Shown here piece by piece: positions 49,378 to 63,833 of a stretch of 64,000 bases of DNA. The stretch spans positions 139,121 to 203,120 of the forward strand of contig CAYGYG010000001.1 of the NCBI GenBank assembly GCA_964354155.1, in the 5' to 3' direction. This stretch comes from an uncultured bacterium. GTDB taxonomy: Bacteria > Hydrothermota > Tepidihabitantia > SM23-42 > CAYGYG01. The translations under genes and the position numbers were made by a program. The notes under the pieces were generated by a model. That model was not told the DNA's origin. It saw only the letters and a program-made list of their open reading frames with translations, and searched no databases. Each line of letters opens with the position of its first letter. The first letter of the stretch is position 1.

Positions 49378-49733
49378 TAGCCGCCGCCGGTCCCTTCGGT
49401 GACCTCGATTTTGATGATGTAGTCCTTTCGGAAGAGAGGCGTTTCCACCGCGTCGTCGTATTCGACGGCCACTTTCATCGAATCCTTGTGGGGTCGTGTT
49501 ATCACGACCTTTGCGGGGAGGATGACGATCCCCCGTTCCTTTCCGTAGGTGACGATATCTTCGATGAGCCACACGGGCATTTCGAAGAACCGGGTTTGAA
49601 TCGTATCGCGTACTTTGCCGGTCAGCCACTTCTTGGTAAACCACACTGAACCGAAGCTCCACACCAGGTAGATCAGAACACCGAAAAAGACAACGAGAAA
49701 AATCGCTGCTCCGGCACTCATGCCGCGTCTCAT
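49377..49733 (-). CDS. Small single-TM protein (DUF4845/pilin-like N-terminus)
   Basis: MRRG-MSAG followed by a hydrophobic helix; AAGGAGG RBS. Confidence 0.6.
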   Translation of the reverse strand: MRRGMSAGAAIFLVVFFGVLIYLVWSFGSVWFTKKWLTGKVRDTIQTRFFEMPVWLIEDIVTYGKERGIVILPAKVVITRPHKDSMKVAVEYDDAVETPLFRKDYIIKIEVTEGTGGG

Positions 49734-49766
49734 GCTAACCTCCTTGATTCTAAGCTCAACATACAG

Positions 49767-49839
49767 TGGAGCCGACGGGATTCGAACCCGTGACCTTCTG
49801 ACTGCCAGTCAGACGCGCTCCCAACTGCGCCACGGCCCC
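49767..49839 (-). tRNA. tRNA-Ala(GGC), CCA not encoded
   Basis: GGGGCCGTGGCGCAGTTGGGAGCGCGTCTGACT-GGC-AGTCAGAAGGTCACGGGTTCGAATCCCGTCGGCTCCA with the G3:U70 identity pair. Confidence 0.96.
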
Positions 49840-49943
49840 GAAACGGCAAGCAGGGCAGAGGATACAGGGAACAGCCCGTAACCAGACCCTGACTTCCGGA
49901 GATAGCAGCAAGGTGCAAGCACCCACACCGATATCCCGCTTCA

Positions 49944-49971
49944 ATACTACGTAGGAATCGAGGAATGTCAA
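49944..49971 (-). promoter_or_regulatory. sigma70-type promoter TTGACA-N16-TAGTAT
   Basis: About 100 nt upstream of tRNA-Ala. Confidence 0.6.
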
Positions 49972-50001
49972 CAGAAAACAGGGGTTAGCGGGCAGCGAAG
50001 G

Positions 50002-51921
50002 TTATTTTCTGTCCTTCAGAACGCGGATATCGCCGCGGCGGAGTGTGATACCCTTCATGTCAAAGTGGCCCAGCAGGGGGATCGCATACTTACGGGAGGT
50101 GCCGAGTTTTTCCTTGAAATCACCGGCCCTCATTTCAGCATTTGCCGCGAAATGGTTTCTGGCAACCTGCTCGGCTTCCTCGATTGCGCGCCGGTGGAAG
50201 ACCATGTTTTCGCCGACATTGACAAGTTTGCCGGAATTGACCAGAAAAGCGAAGAGTTCTTTGACTTTAGCCTCGTTTCCCTTTACCGCCTTAATGGTCT
50301 CTTCGAGCGACGGCGGTGCGAACTTGTTCGCCAGGAACAACTGCTCAATCCGGTCACACAGCGCCCGGTCGGCCTCGGTGAGGGCAACCTGGAAATCAGG
50401 CAAGGTGATGGAAACGCCGCCCTCGAACTTGAGCTTGCCCTGGCGGGCAAGTGCCTTGAGCAGCGTGTTAAAAAGCTCCAGTTTCATTTCACTGGGGAAA
50501 AGGGCTCTGAGTTCCGAGTGTTTTACCTCAAACTTGAGGGGATTGTCTTTCAAGAGCTTCCCAACCGACTTGATGATTGCTGCCTGGTTGTCCGCGAAAT
50601 TGGCGCTATTGTAGTATGCGGTGCGCCCCTCGGAGTCCAGGGCAATGATGCTCTTCTCGCTCTGCAGCCGATCCAGGAGCGGGGCTAGTTTGGCCAGTTC
50701 AATACCCGCGTGGTGAGATATCTGCTCGGCGCTCAGCGGACCGGCCCGGGAACCGCGGATAACTTCGCTGACGATATCTTCGGGCCGCTCGGTGGTCAAG
50801 GCGGCCAGGCGCTCGATCAGTGGGCGGTCGTAACGGACGGCTCGTTCGGGATTCGGTTCGAGCACGACCCCACCGCCGATCGTCTTCTGGGGCGAGTAGA
50901 AACGAATGACAAAACGGTCGGTTCGGTCGCAGACGGCAGGTCTTTCCATTTTGAACTGAACGAGTCCGGTCTCGCCGGCATGCAGGTCTTTCCGGTCAAT
51001 GAGGAAGACGCGGCACATGATTTCGGACGTGCCGACATGAAGCCGTACCCGTGCCATGTGCTTGAGCGGCCCGGCGAAGTCCTTGAGCATGGAGAGAGAC
51101 CCGTTCATGATGCTGGTCGGCTTGAAGTAGCCGGGCGCTGCGATCACGTCACCCCGGTTGATAATTTCCTTTTCGATGCCCAGCAGGTTGAACGCGGCCC
51201 GTTCGCCCAGCTTCGCGGTGTCAACCGACTGGTTGTGAACCTGGATACCGCGGATTCGAACGTCTCTCCGGTGGGGCAGGAGTTCCAGCTGGTCACCGAC
51301 GTGGGCCCGGCCGGACAGCACGGTTCCGGCGACAACGGTGCCGAAACCTTTCATTGAGAAAATCCGGTCGATGGGCAGTCGAAAGATGCCGCGGTCGACT
51401 TTCGGGTGCACTTCCTCCAGGAGCCGGCCCAATTCCTGCTTCAGGTGCTCGATACCCTCGCCGGTGACCGACGACACGGGCACGATCGGGGCATCGGCCA
51501 AGAACGAGCCTTCGAGGAATTTTCGGACATCACTGGTGACCATGTCAACCCAGTCTTTTTCCACGATATCGATCTTGTTGATGACGGTAAGTCCTTTCTT
51601 GATGTTGAGCAACCGGGCGATTTCGAAATGCTCAATCGTCTGGGGCATGATGCCGTCGTCGGCGGCGATAACCAGGATGATGAAGTCAATAGTCGTCGCG
51701 CCGGCCAACATGTTCTTGACGAATTTCTCGTGACCGGGTACGTCGATGAAGGTGATATTCTCACCCCAGAAGGCAAATCCGAGGTCAATCGTCATGCCCC
51801 GTTCTCTTTCTTCGGGGAGGCGGTCAGGGTCGGTTCCGGTAATCGCCTTGACCAGGGCGCTCTTGCCGTGGTCGATATGCCCGGCGGTACCGATGACGAT
51901 GTGTCGGCCTGCGAAATCCAT
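50002..51921 (-). CDS. selB: Selenocysteine-specific elongation factor
   Basis: [38 protein letters not shown]-terminal [11 protein letters not shown] winged helix. Confidence 0.97.
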   Translation of the reverse strand: MDFAGRHIVIGTAGHIDHGKSALVKAITGTDPDRLPEERERGMTIDLGFAFWGENITFIDVPGHEKFVKNMLAGATTIDFIILVIAADDGIMPQTIEHFEIARLLNIKKGLTVINKIDIVEKDWVDMVTSDVRKFLEGSFLADAPIVPVSSVTGEGIEHLKQELGRLLEEVHPKVDRGIFRLPIDRIFSMKGFGTVVAGTVLSGRAHVGDQLELLPHRRDVRIRGIQVHNQSVDTAKLGERAAFNLLGIEKEIINRGDVIAAPGYFKPTSIMNGSLSMLKDFAGPLKHMARVRLHVGTSEIMCRVFLIDRKDLHAGETGLVQFKMERPAVCDRTDRFVIRFYSPQKTIGGGVVLEPNPERAVRYDRPLIERLAALTTERPEDIVSEVIRGSRAGPLSAEQISHHAGIELAKLAPLLDRLQSEKSIIALDSEGRTAYYNSANFADNQAAIIKSVGKLLKDNPLKFEVKHSELRALFPSEMKLELFNTLLKALARQGKLKFEGGVSITLPDFQVALTEADRALCDRIEQLFLANKFAPPSLEETIKAVKGNEAKVKELFAFLVNSGKLVNVGENMVFHRRAIEEAEQVARNHFAANAEMRAGDFKEKLGTSRKYAIPLLGHFDMKGITLRRGDIRVLKDRK

Positions 51922-51922
51922 A

Positions 51923-53323
51923 CTAAAGAACCGTTTGCAGGGCCTTGATGATAATCGGTACTTCGTCCGGCCGTATTGTACGGAAGTCCAGCAGCAGCTT
52001 TCCTCCGGCAACGCGGCCGAAGATCGGGATGACGTTGTTCCGCAGCCTCAGGGCAAGCTCTTCGACTTTCATGTTCTTCGGCGTGAGCGTGGCAACGAAG
52101 GTCGGCAGACTCTCGGTCGCGAGTGAGCCGCCGCCGATCTCAGAGCGGTCTTCGGCAACCGTGACGGCCAATCGGCCGGCAAGTGATTCCGCGACCTGCA
52201 CGGCAAACGCTTGAGCTTGCGCACGAATGGTGTCCGTGTTTTCCGCAATCATGCCCAGGGTTGCGTGGTTGGCAAAGAGAGTTTTCTCGTCTAAGAACAG
52301 ACGCAAAGTTGCCTCCAATGCGGCGTAAGTCAGTTTTCCGCACCGGAGCGCGCGGGTCAACGGATTCTTCTTTATGGAATCGATGTACTTTTTCCGGCCG
52401 ACGATGATCCCGGACTGCGGACCGCCGATCAGCTTGTCACCGCTGAAACAAATGACATCCGCACCGGCCTCGACGCTTTCCTGCACCGTCGGTTCCTTGG
52501 GGAGTCCGTGTTTTGAAAGATCGACCAGGGCGCCGCTGCCGAGATCGTCAATCACCAACACCTTGAATTCGCGTCCCAGGGCGACCAAGTCGGCGAGGGA
52601 CACTTCGGCGACAAATCCGGTTATCTTGTAGTTGCTGGTGTGCACCCGGAGCAGGGCCGCCGTGTTGGGCGTAATCGCCGAGCGGTAATCCTTGAGATGT
52701 GTCCGGTTGGTCGTACCAACTTCAACCATGGTTGCCCCGCTCTTGGCCATGATGTCGGGGATGCGGAACGAACCGCCGATCTCGACGAGCTGGCCGCGCG
52801 AGACTATGACTTCCCGGCCGTTGGTCAGGGTATCAAGAATCAAAAGCGTTGCGGCTGCATTGTTGTTGACGACCACCGAAGCCTCGGCGCCGGTGAGAAA
52901 GCCGAGCAGCTTCTCGACGTGGCGGTATCTTTCGGCGCGTTTGCCCTTTTCCCGATCGATGGCGAGATTGGAGAAGTTCTCGGCGGCAGCGGCGATGGCC
53001 TGACGGGCGGCCGGACTGAACGGCGCCCGGCCCAGTCCGGTGTGAAGAATGACGCCCTGGGCATTGACCGCGCGAACCAAGCTGGGCCGCATGAAGTCCT
53101 CGACTTCGTGGATGATACCGTTGACGAGCAGATCTTCTTCTATTGGCGGAGTTTTTCCCTTGGTCTCCTTAAGCGTCTGGCGGCATGCATCAAGCTTCTT
53201 ACGCACTGTCTCCACGACAATGCCGCGTTGGGTCCGTTCAATCAGCTTGACGATTTCAGGCCGAGTGAGGATGTACTCGACCGAGGGAATCTTACTCAAC
53301 AACCTGCTTCTGTCTACAGCCAT
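51923..53323 (-). CDS. selA: L-seryl-tRNA(Sec) selenium transferase
   Basis: [61 protein letters not shown]. Promoter TTGACT-N16-TAGAAT at 53339-53366. Confidence 0.97.
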   Translation of the reverse strand: MAVDRSRLLSKIPSVEYILTRPEIVKLIERTQRGIVVETVRKKLDACRQTLKETKGKTPPIEEDLLVNGIIHEVEDFMRPSLVRAVNAQGVILHTGLGRAPFSPAARQAIAAAAENFSNLAIDREKGKRAERYRHVEKLLGFLTGAEASVVVNNNAAATLLILDTLTNGREVIVSRGQLVEIGGSFRIPDIMAKSGATMVEVGTTNRTHLKDYRSAITPNTAALLRVHTSNYKITGFVAEVSLADLVALGREFKVLVIDDLGSGALVDLSKHGLPKEPTVQESVEAGADVICFSGDKLIGGPQSGIIVGRKKYIDSIKKNPLTRALRCGKLTYAALEATLRLFLDEKTLFANHATLGMIAENTDTIRAQAQAFAVQVAESLAGRLAVTVAEDRSEIGGGSLATESLPTFVATLTPKNMKVEELALRLRNNVIPIFGRVAGGKLLLDFRTIRPDEVPIIIKALQTVL

Positions 53324-53432
53324 AGAGTTTTCTCCGCTATTCTATTGGTATTTGAGGATAAGTCAACAGGTATGTGGCGTACGCCATTCTGTGATTGACA
53401 ATCGGCCGATATCTGCTATTAATAGTACCGCA

Positions 53433-53948
53433 ATGGACGCGAAGTTTCTCGGCGATGCCATGCTCGGCAAGCTGGTCCGATACCTGAGAATACTTGGCTT
53501 TGATACCAGCTATCTGAAGAATACCTCCAAAGAGAAGCTATTACTCGAGTCACGTCGCGACCACCGCATCATCCTGACCCGTGACCGCAAGATGACCGGG
53601 AGGCCCGAAGTATTGATCGTGGATTCCGAAGACGCGGATGAGCAACTGCGCCAGGTGACGAGGGCCCTCAAGCTGGCGCCAAAAGGCAGATATTTCTGCC
53701 GCTGCATTGTCTGTAACACTTCCTTGGTTCCGATCAACAAGCTGGAAGTCGCCGGCCGCGTTCCGTACTACACCTATAAGCATTTCGACAACTTCTCGGT
53801 ATGTCCCGCGTGCCGGCGCGTCTACTGGGCTGGCAGTCATCATGCCAATATGAAGAAGAAGATTGAAGAAATGCTGGGAACAGCTTCGCCGAGCAAGCGG
53901 CGACGAAGAACGGTAAAGAGTAAGCGAGATGAGAAACCGAGCGGCTAA
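53433..53948 (+). CDS. Mut7-C RNase domain protein
   Basis: FLGDAMLGKLVRYLRILGFDT, ILTRD, RCIVCN, CPACRRVYWAGSH. Start set to ATG 53433. Confidence 0.9.
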   Translation: MDAKFLGDAMLGKLVRYLRILGFDTSYLKNTSKEKLLLESRRDHRIILTRDRKMTGRPEVLIVDSEDADEQLRQVTRALKLAPKGRYFCRCIVCNTSLVPINKLEVAGRVPYYTYKHFDNFSVCPACRRVYWAGSHHANMKKKIEEMLGTASPSKRRRRTVKSKRDEKPSG

Positions 53949-55107
53949 ACTGACGTTGGTCGTCTTGTTGTTGATTTGCGGTGGCTGCATGCACTTTGTG
54001 GCCAAGCCGCCGAAACTACCTGACGATCATATTCGTGTTGCTGTGCTCACCCAGTTCGACTCGTTCGCCTTTTCGTGCGACGGGCGGTACAAGATCGTCG
54101 TCGGCGGTCGATCCTTCAAAGGTCGACCGCGCGATGCGGTGATGATTTCGGTTGACGGCACCGACATACGTCTGCGGCTTGGCCGGGGCACCGCACGAAT
54201 CGAGGATTCGATCGTCTACTTCTTACCCCAGAGCAAGTCCTTCAAGATCGATACGAAGCTCTATCGCGGCATTCTGATTTTGCGTTCGGTCGGGGCTCAG
54301 AACTACCTCATCAATGTTCTGTCCCTTGAAGACTATCTTAAGGGCGTGGTACCGGCCGAGCTCGGTTCGACCCGGCCCGAGGTCTTTGAAGCCATGAAGG
54401 CGCAAGCGGTCGCGGCCCGGACGTATGCTCATGCCCATAAGGGGAAGAACTCCCGGCTTGGTTTTGACCTTTTCGCAACGGTTCAGGACCAGGTCTATGG
54501 CGGGATTAACGTTGAGAATGACCTGGTCAATCGCGCGATAAGAGAGACCAAAAACGAGATCTTGACCTACCAGGGACGGCCGATCGAAGCCAAGTACCAC
54601 TCGACATGCGGTGGTCGAACAGCAAATTCCTACGACATCTGGGCGGATACCGCGATTCCCTACCTCAAGAGCGTTGACGACCCTTATTGCAGCAAGTCCC
54701 CGCACACCTCATGGCAGGAAGATATCTCGTTTTCGAAATTGATGAAGAACTTGGGCTATGATTCATTGAGCAACGAACGAATTACAAAGATTTTACTCAG
54801 ACGCAACACCCAGTCCGGCCGGGTTATCGAGATGACCATTGTTACCAACCTACGAGAAGAGAAGATACCCAAGTGGAAGATAAGAAAGGCGCTGGTTGGT
54901 GAATTGGCCTCAACGGGAATGCTGAGAAGCACATATCTTGACATGGCCACCATCCGGGGACAGATAAGGATCAGCGGCCGGGGCTATGGGCACGGTGTTG
55001 GGCTGTGCCAGTATGGCTCAATGGAAATGGCCCGGCAGGGAAAGGACTACGCCAAGATACTCGAGTTTTACTACCCTGGGAGTAGGCTACGAAAGAAGCG
55101 CCTTTGA
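53929..55107 (+). CDS. SpoIID/LytB domain lytic transglycosylase, probable lipoprotein
   Basis: LEDYLKGVVPAE, KAQAVAARTY, DQVYGG, YHSTCGG, GYGHGVGLCQYG, ILEFYYPG. Confidence 0.93.
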   Translation: MRNRAAKLTLVVLLLICGGCMHFVAKPPKLPDDHIRVAVLTQFDSFAFSCDGRYKIVVGGRSFKGRPRDAVMISVDGTDIRLRLGRGTARIEDSIVYFLPQSKSFKIDTKLYRGILILRSVGAQNYLINVLSLEDYLKGVVPAELGSTRPEVFEAMKAQAVAARTYAHAHKGKNSRLGFDLFATVQDQVYGGINVENDLVNRAIRETKNEILTYQGRPIEAKYHSTCGGRTANSYDIWADTAIPYLKSVDDPYCSKSPHTSWQEDISFSKLMKNLGYDSLSNERITKILLRRNTQSGRVIEMTIVTNLREEKIPKWKIRKALVGELASTGMLRSTYLDMATIRGQIRISGRGYGHGVGLCQYGSMEMARQGKDYAKILEFYYPGSRLRKKRL

Positions 55108-55713
55108 TCGGGCGAAACGATTTATGCCGCGCGGCGAGGCGACGCGGAAAATCTTCATGCCGATTTTTAAGGCCGGGATGAGGTCGACGTCGACCCGGTC
55201 ACCCACCGAAAAACACTCATGCGGCTGTACCTTCAACTTCCTTGCCACTTCGAGAAAAACCCTCCGATCGGGTTTGAGCAAACCGCTATCGGTGAAGCTT
55301 TGGATGACACTGAAGAATTGCCTGACGCCGAGGGCTTCAAGAATACGTTCCGTTTGGACCCGGTTATTATTTGTCACCACGGCAAGTCGGTAGTGCCGCC
55401 CTAGTTTCCGCAAGACCTTTATCAATCCAGTATTTTTCTTCAGATGGTCGCCCGGGTCAAAGAATCTCGTATTATGGCGGTGCCAGTACTTCACGGGGAC
55501 CCCGAACGAACGCAGCGTATGGGCATAGGGTATGCGGAAGCCTTTTTGTCTTGACCGCTGAGCGCGTTGCTGCTCGACTAGTTTCCGTGCTTCTTCCAGG
55601 TCGATCCTCGAGAATCGAGCAAGGGTGAAGTGGGCGGCTTCCGCGAATCTGCGTTCGATCGTCCTGCTCTTGTACAGGGTGCCGTCGAGGTCGAAAATCA
55701 CCGCCCTAATCAT
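55087..55713 (-). CDS. HAD-family hydrolase
   Basis: FDLDGTLY, VTNN, KPD, VGDRVDVD. Confidence 0.9.
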   Translation of the reverse strand: MIRAVIFDLDGTLYKSRTIERRFAEAAHFTLARFSRIDLEEARKLVEQQRAQRSRQKGFRIPYAHTLRSFGVPVKYWHRHNTRFFDPGDHLKKNTGLIKVLRKLGRHYRLAVVTNNNRVQTERILEALGVRQFFSVIQSFTDSGLLKPDRRVFLEVARKLKVQPHECFSVGDRVDVDLIPALKIGMKIFRVASPRGINRFARSKALLS

Positions 55714-56414
55714 GCTCGGAATCTTCGGCCCGTGAAAAGCTCTTTGATCAGAAACTTCACAAACATGATGCCGACCGGGATCGATTTAGCCTTGCTCACG
55801 CCGCCGATCCGGTCACCTTCATACGATGCAATCTCGGCCACCGGCATTTTCAATTTCATTGCCCGGATTGACAGCTGATATTCAATAGTGAAGGCGTGCG
55901 TCGTTGGGTTCATGCGAAGAAAGGCTTCTTTCTTGATCCCCCGGAAACCATTGATGGTATCGGTAATGCGGCCGCGCCAGATCGAATTGGCCATGAAGCT
56001 GAAGCACCGGTTGGCCCAGGCGCGCCAGGGGAAAGTCAGATCGTCTTCTTCGTTGCGTGCCCCGGCCATGAAGCGTGAGGCGATGGCCATGTCGCAGCCG
56101 GATTCGAGCAAGTTGAATAACCTCATGATGTCGGCCGGGTCTTCATTGCCGTCCGGGCTGAAAAACACGATGTTTTCACCCTTGGCCTCACGGATGCCGA
56201 TGCGGAAAGCATCACCGCGTCCTCTCCGGTCTTGAAACACCACTGGTGTTTTCTTGGTCTGGAAGAACTCAATCGTACCGTCGGTCGAACCGCCGTCGAT
56301 GACAAAGCACTCATCGACTTTGGAGAAGGGGATTTTGTCGAACAACGTCTTGATTCCTTCAATCTCATTGTATGTCAGCAAGACCAGGGTATTCTTTATT
56401 TTCCTCTCATTCAT
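55710..56414 (-). CDS. GT2 glycosyltransferase (polyprenol-phosphate sugar synthase-like)
   Basis: YNE, IDGGSTDGT, GRGDA, DGNEDP, IASRF, TDTINGFR. Confidence 0.9.
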   Translation of the reverse strand: MNERKIKNTLVLLTYNEIEGIKTLFDKIPFSKVDECFVIDGGSTDGTIEFFQTKKTPVVFQDRRGRGDAFRIGIREAKGENIVFFSPDGNEDPADIMRLFNLLESGCDMAIASRFMAGARNEEDDLTFPWRAWANRCFSFMANSIWRGRITDTINGFRGIKKEAFLRMNPTTHAFTIEYQLSIRAMKLKMPVAEIASYEGDRIGGVSKAKSIPVGIMFVKFLIKELFTGRRFRA

Positions 56415-56427
56415 GGAACCTCAACTT

Positions 56428-59769
<3,342 letters not shown>

Positions 59770-59833
59770 CGATTAGAGAATAGCGCTTCTGGCGGGACAA
59801 TCCACTCGACTAGAATGCAGGCGGGCGGCAAAT

Positions 59834-61987
59834 CTATCGCAGAACGAGGAGCTTCTTGGTCACCGACCGCGTGCTCGTCTGTAAGTTGACTCGATAGACG
59901 CCGTTCGGCAGTAAGGCCCCGGCATCGCTTCGGCCGTCCCACACCAGGGTGCGGGCTCTTGGGTCTTGTTTTGAACTCATCAGTGTTCGCACACATCGTC
60001 CGGCAACGTCAAAGATCTTCAGCGAGACGATGTCATTCGGGTCGGCGTTGCCCAGGCTGAACGCGAGCCGCTTGTTCGACTTCGACAACACCGGACAAGG
60101 GGAAATATCTATGTCGAGCAGCTCATCCGATGGGTTGATGACCTCAACCGTGTCCTGTCCGGCGAATCCGGTGCCATCCCGGAGATTGCCCGAGACCGTC
60201 AAGATGGCGAGCCCGGGTTGAAGAATCGATATGACACGCTGCCGGTCGAACTTAGCCATGAAGTCGGGAACACCATTACCATTGTAATCACCAACCCCGC
60301 AGGGCACACGATTGGCACTGACGGCACGGCCTTGATATTCCAGCTTCACAGTATTGATGTCGATACTGTCAACCGGAAGCCCGGCAAGTTCGATGTAGGC
60401 GGTGATGGGTTTGCCCACGCTCTTGAGGTTTATGACATTGGGATCGATATCGATCCGTGCGTTCGTTGTCGAACCGTACTGTACTTTCACTTCGTACAAC
60501 AATGGGAAACGGGTCAGATTGGCATATCCGAACCGTGCCCGGTACTGCAGGAAGCGGGCGTTGAGCTGGGCCGGTATTTCTGAATTGTTCGTGACGGTAA
60601 CCCAGGTGCTCCAACTGGTGTCCGGGATTGGTGTACGGCCGCTTCTCACCGCCATCGTAATGCCGGTTCCGGCCGGCAGGCTATCCAGCCAGGTGATTCG
60701 ACCCCAATCAACGGCCGAGGCAGCGTCGAACACAGAAGACAGATAGTCGTCGCAGTATTCGCGGCTATAGACATTGCCTCCCTCCCGGTACATGCCGTGG
60801 CCGCCGTGGTCACTCGGCAGCGCAAGCCATGAAGTGAAGGATGGGCCCCAGGCGATGTAGCTGGAAGTCCCGTTCCACCGATTGAGAAACATGTCAAGAT
60901 CGCCGTCGGCGTCAAGGTCGGCAAGAAAGGCGCCGCTACAGTCCAGGGTCGGACCGACCTGGCTTCGATTGCTGTCTGAGTAGCCGTTCGCGCTACCCCA
61001 GTAGATCCATGGCATAGTCACCGGGCCGTAACCGGTGAAGAAAAGAATGTCGAGGAACCCATCACCGTTCATGTCGGCCACCGAGCTGCCTCCAAAGCAG
61101 CTACCCGGACTGAGAACGGTGCGATTGCCCGTCGAGTACCCCGATGGGTTACCCCAGTAGATGTGGGCGACTGATGAACCGGCATACGTGCTCAGCACGA
61201 GATCGAGGTATCCATCGCGGTTTAGGTCAGCCACCGAAGACCCGTGGGAAAGGGACGCATAGTAGGGCAGGAGTGTCCGGTCCGCCGACGAAAACCCGGT
61301 GTTTCGTCCCCAGTAGATAGTGTTACTGCCGTTTATTGAAAGGAGCAGTAGGTCAAGCCAGCCGTTCCTATCGAAATCACCAACCTCGGCATTGTGGTCA
61401 CCACCTACGTTAGGTAGTTCCGTACGCCGGCCTTCGGAATACCCGGTGCTGCTGCCCCAGAAGACCGCTGCGGTCGAGCCGGTGTAGGCCTCGGCGACGA
61501 TATCAAGGTGGCCGTCCTTGTTGAAATCGGCAATGGCCATGGCCTCATTCGATCCGTAGTATAAGCCAAACCGAAAATAGTTGAATGGATCAGGTCCAGA
61601 GCTCGTACCCCAGTAAATGGTTAGATAAGGGTAGTTGATCCAGAGCAGGTCGGGAAATCCATCGACATTGAGATCGGCGGCATCGCAGTTCCCGCCGCGG
61701 CTTGCGCCGTATGCGGTGCGGTTGACCGGGTCGTACCCGCTCGCACTGCCCCAGTATACGTAACTGGTTGAGAAGCAGTGCGACATGGCAAGGTCAACAT
61801 ACCCATCGTTATTAAGGTCGAATCGACAAGTAAACTCAACCGCCCCGCCCTGACGGTGCGACGCGTAGATATTGCGTTCGAACGTGCCGTCACGGAAATC
61901 CTGTTGGCTCGTCTCGAGCCACGAGCATTCGGCAGTGGAGCCGGGCGACTGCCCTAAAGCGATTAACCAGATAAGCAGTCCCAGCAT
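59834..61987 (-). CDS. FG-GAP/VCBS repeat protein with FlgD/T9SS-type tail
   Basis: Repeated AD.N.DG..D and IYWG motifs; tail IFDVAGRCVR...WDGRSDAG...GVY...KKLLVLR. AAGGAGG before ATG 61987. Confidence 0.85.
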   Translation of the reverse strand: MLGLLIWLIALGQSPGSTAECSWLETSQQDFRDGTFERNIYASHRQGGAVEFTCRFDLNNDGYVDLAMSHCFSTSYVYWGSASGYDPVNRTAYGASRGGNCDAADLNVDGFPDLLWINYPYLTIYWGTSSGPDPFNYFRFGLYYGSNEAMAIADFNKDGHLDIVAEAYTGSTAAVFWGSSTGYSEGRRTELPNVGGDHNAEVGDFDRNGWLDLLLLSINGSNTIYWGRNTGFSSADRTLLPYYASLSHGSSVADLNRDGYLDLVLSTYAGSSVAHIYWGNPSGYSTGNRTVLSPGSCFGGSSVADMNGDGFLDILFFTGYGPVTMPWIYWGSANGYSDSNRSQVGPTLDCSGAFLADLDADGDLDMFLNRWNGTSSYIAWGPSFTSWLALPSDHGGHGMYREGGNVYSREYCDDYLSSVFDAASAVDWGRITWLDSLPAGTGITMAVRSGRTPIPDTSWSTWVTVTNNSEIPAQLNARFLQYRARFGYANLTRFPLLYEVKVQYGSTTNARIDIDPNVINLKSVGKPITAYIELAGLPVDSIDINTVKLEYQGRAVSANRVPCGVGDYNGNGVPDFMAKFDRQRVISILQPGLAILTVSGNLRDGTGFAGQDTVEVINPSDELLDIDISPCPVLSKSNKRLAFSLGNADPNDIVSLKIFDVAGRCVRTLMSSKQDPRARTLVWDGRSDAGALLPNGVYRVNLQTSTRSVTKKLLVLR

Positions 61988-62064
61988 AATGTCCTCCTTT
62001 GTCAAGAAACATCGCACAACTCATTACACACCCTGACGCGAACTGAATCGATTTATTCGAAGAT

Positions 62065-62155
62065 AGTATACCTGAATGCCCCGGCATGTCAAGCCTTTTT
62101 TTTGGGTACGGCGCGATGGGTTTCAGCTTGACTTTGCTGGGGTGTCCGCTATAAT
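62065..62155. promoter_or_regulatory. Divergent promoters: minus TTGACA-N16-TATACT (62065-62092) and plus TTGACT-N16-TATAAT (62128-62155)
   Basis: Back-to-back near-consensus promoters between two divergent secreted-protein genes. Confidence 0.75.
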
Positions 62156-62173
62156 CTACCAGAAGGAGGAACA

Positions 62174-63775
62174 ATGAAACTAGCTGTCGTTGTTGTTCTG
62201 TCATGCGCGTTGGCTTTCAGCCAGATTGGATTTACCAACCATCGGGTTAACAAGGATGCCACGGCCGAAGTTCAGAATGAACAGCAGATCATGGTCAATC
62301 CCGCCGATTCTGCCAACTTCGTCGCGGTCTGGCGCGACTTCCGGGTCGGGTACCGCCAGGTCGGACACGCCGCGAGCTTTGACCGCGGTCAGACCTGGGT
62401 GGCGGAAACCCTGTTTGTTGAACCGACCTACAACTGGGATTCAGATCCGGGGTTGACGGTTGACGCCAATGGCAATTTCTTCGCCATCATTCTCTCTTTC
62501 AATTCTACGTCCGAGCCCGACGGTTACTTTGTCTTTGAATCGACGGACAAAGGCCGGACCTGGAGCGCGCCGCGCACCGTCATCAATCAGGTGCCGGGCG
62601 TTTTTGAGGATAAGGAGCTGATGACCTGTGACCGGACAGCAAGCCCTTACCGGGGTAACCTCTACGTGACCTGGGCGAGGTTCTACGCGATCGACATCAT
62701 GAACACACGGTCGACGAACCGCGGCTTCAACTGGTCAACACCGGTCCCGGTAAGCGATGCTTCCTCAAGTTACCAGTGGCCGGTTCCGGCGGTCGGCCCA
62801 TCCGGCGATCTCTACATCGCCTGGTGCGCTTCTAACGCGATAAGATTCGACCGGTCGACCGATGGCGGGCTTACCTTCGGAACCGACCGCACCATCCAGA
62901 GCATCTCCTCAATGTCACGAAACCTCAAGGGCGGGCTGATTGCGACCTATTCCTACCCCGCAATGGATGTCGACATCACCGGTGGACCGTACAACGGCAG
63001 CATTTACGTTGCGTTCATGGACAATGGCCCGGACGGGTTCCCGGACATGTACGTAACGAAATCAACCGACCGGGGCCAAACCTGGAGTGCCCGGCGCCGT
63101 ATCAACGACGACCCGCTAAATAACCGCATCGATCAATTCCATCCCTGGCTTACCGTCGACCGGACCGGATGCATATCGGTCATCTTCTACGATTCGCGGC
63201 TTGATCCCAATAACATGCTCTGCGACGTCTATATGGTCCAGTCGACCGACGGCGGCAGCACGTGGTCGAATAACATCAGGGTCACCACGGTTTCGTCCGA
63301 TCTCCGTTTGAAGGGGAAGGTGCTCGAACCGCCGGACCCGGGCAAACCCCTGGCCGGCATGTTTGCCGGTCACATCGGTGAATACAATGGAGTGGCCGCT
63401 TCATCACGGTTCAACGTCGTGCCGATCTGGACCGACACGCGCAACGGCAATCAGGATACCTATGTCGGGGTTTTCCATTATTCGGGGATCGAAGCGATTG
63501 CCGGCGCGGGCGGCGGCGCACGGTTTTCGTTCAAACCGAATCCGGTCCGGGATCGTCTCAAGATTGAGCTCTCGGTTGAACAAGCGGGGCATTATGAGAT
63601 TTGTATCTATGACGGGCTCGGGCGGAGGATGCAAGAGGTGTTCGACGGGGCTTTGCTCCCGGGCCGTCACCGCCTGGCATCCGGGGGGCTCAGCGAATTG
63701 CCGCCTGGCGTATATTTTATCGAGATGAAAAGCTCTTGCAGCAGGGACTGCCAGAAGCTTGTTAAGCAGCGATGA
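62174..63775 (+). CDS. Secreted BNR/Asp-box (sialidase-fold) protein with sorting tail
   Basis: SFDRGQTW, STDKGRTW, STDGGLTF, STDGGSTW, DQFHPW, GEYNG, WTDTR; KPNPV...GVYFI...KLVKQR. Confidence 0.85.
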   Translation: MKLAVVVVLSCALAFSQIGFTNHRVNKDATAEVQNEQQIMVNPADSANFVAVWRDFRVGYRQVGHAASFDRGQTWVAETLFVEPTYNWDSDPGLTVDANGNFFAIILSFNSTSEPDGYFVFESTDKGRTWSAPRTVINQVPGVFEDKELMTCDRTASPYRGNLYVTWARFYAIDIMNTRSTNRGFNWSTPVPVSDASSSYQWPVPAVGPSGDLYIAWCASNAIRFDRSTDGGLTFGTDRTIQSISSMSRNLKGGLIATYSYPAMDVDITGGPYNGSIYVAFMDNGPDGFPDMYVTKSTDRGQTWSARRRINDDPLNNRIDQFHPWLTVDRTGCISVIFYDSRLDPNNMLCDVYMVQSTDGGSTWSNNIRVTTVSSDLRLKGKVLEPPDPGKPLAGMFAGHIGEYNGVAASSRFNVVPIWTDTRNGNQDTYVGVFHYSGIEAIAGAGGGARFSFKPNPVRDRLKIELSVEQAGHYEICIYDGLGRRMQEVFDGALLPGRHRLASGGLSELPPGVYFIEMKSSCSRDCQKLVKQR

Positions 63776-63833
63776 CAGATGTGACTTGGGGGTCCGGACC
63801 GAGCGTGGGCCGCAATCCGCGACCCGGTTCATG

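Noticed and set aside
48871-49839. tRNA-integrated island or HNH defence system
   Set aside because: No integrase or duplicated tRNA 3' end; the HNH gene is coupled to housekeeping envelope genes.
49843-49940. Possible tRNA-Sec (selC) next to selB
   Set aside because: No TCA anticodon arm or TTC(G/A)A T-loop; it looks like the leader of tRNA-Ala. selC and selD were not found in the window.
53049-53432. N-terminal ORF-track extensions (also at 1264, 8617, 13934, 47426, 49662, 52011, 57965, 62017)
   Set aside because: They overlap neighbouring genes, tRNAs or promoters; downstream starts fit RBS sites and domain boundaries.
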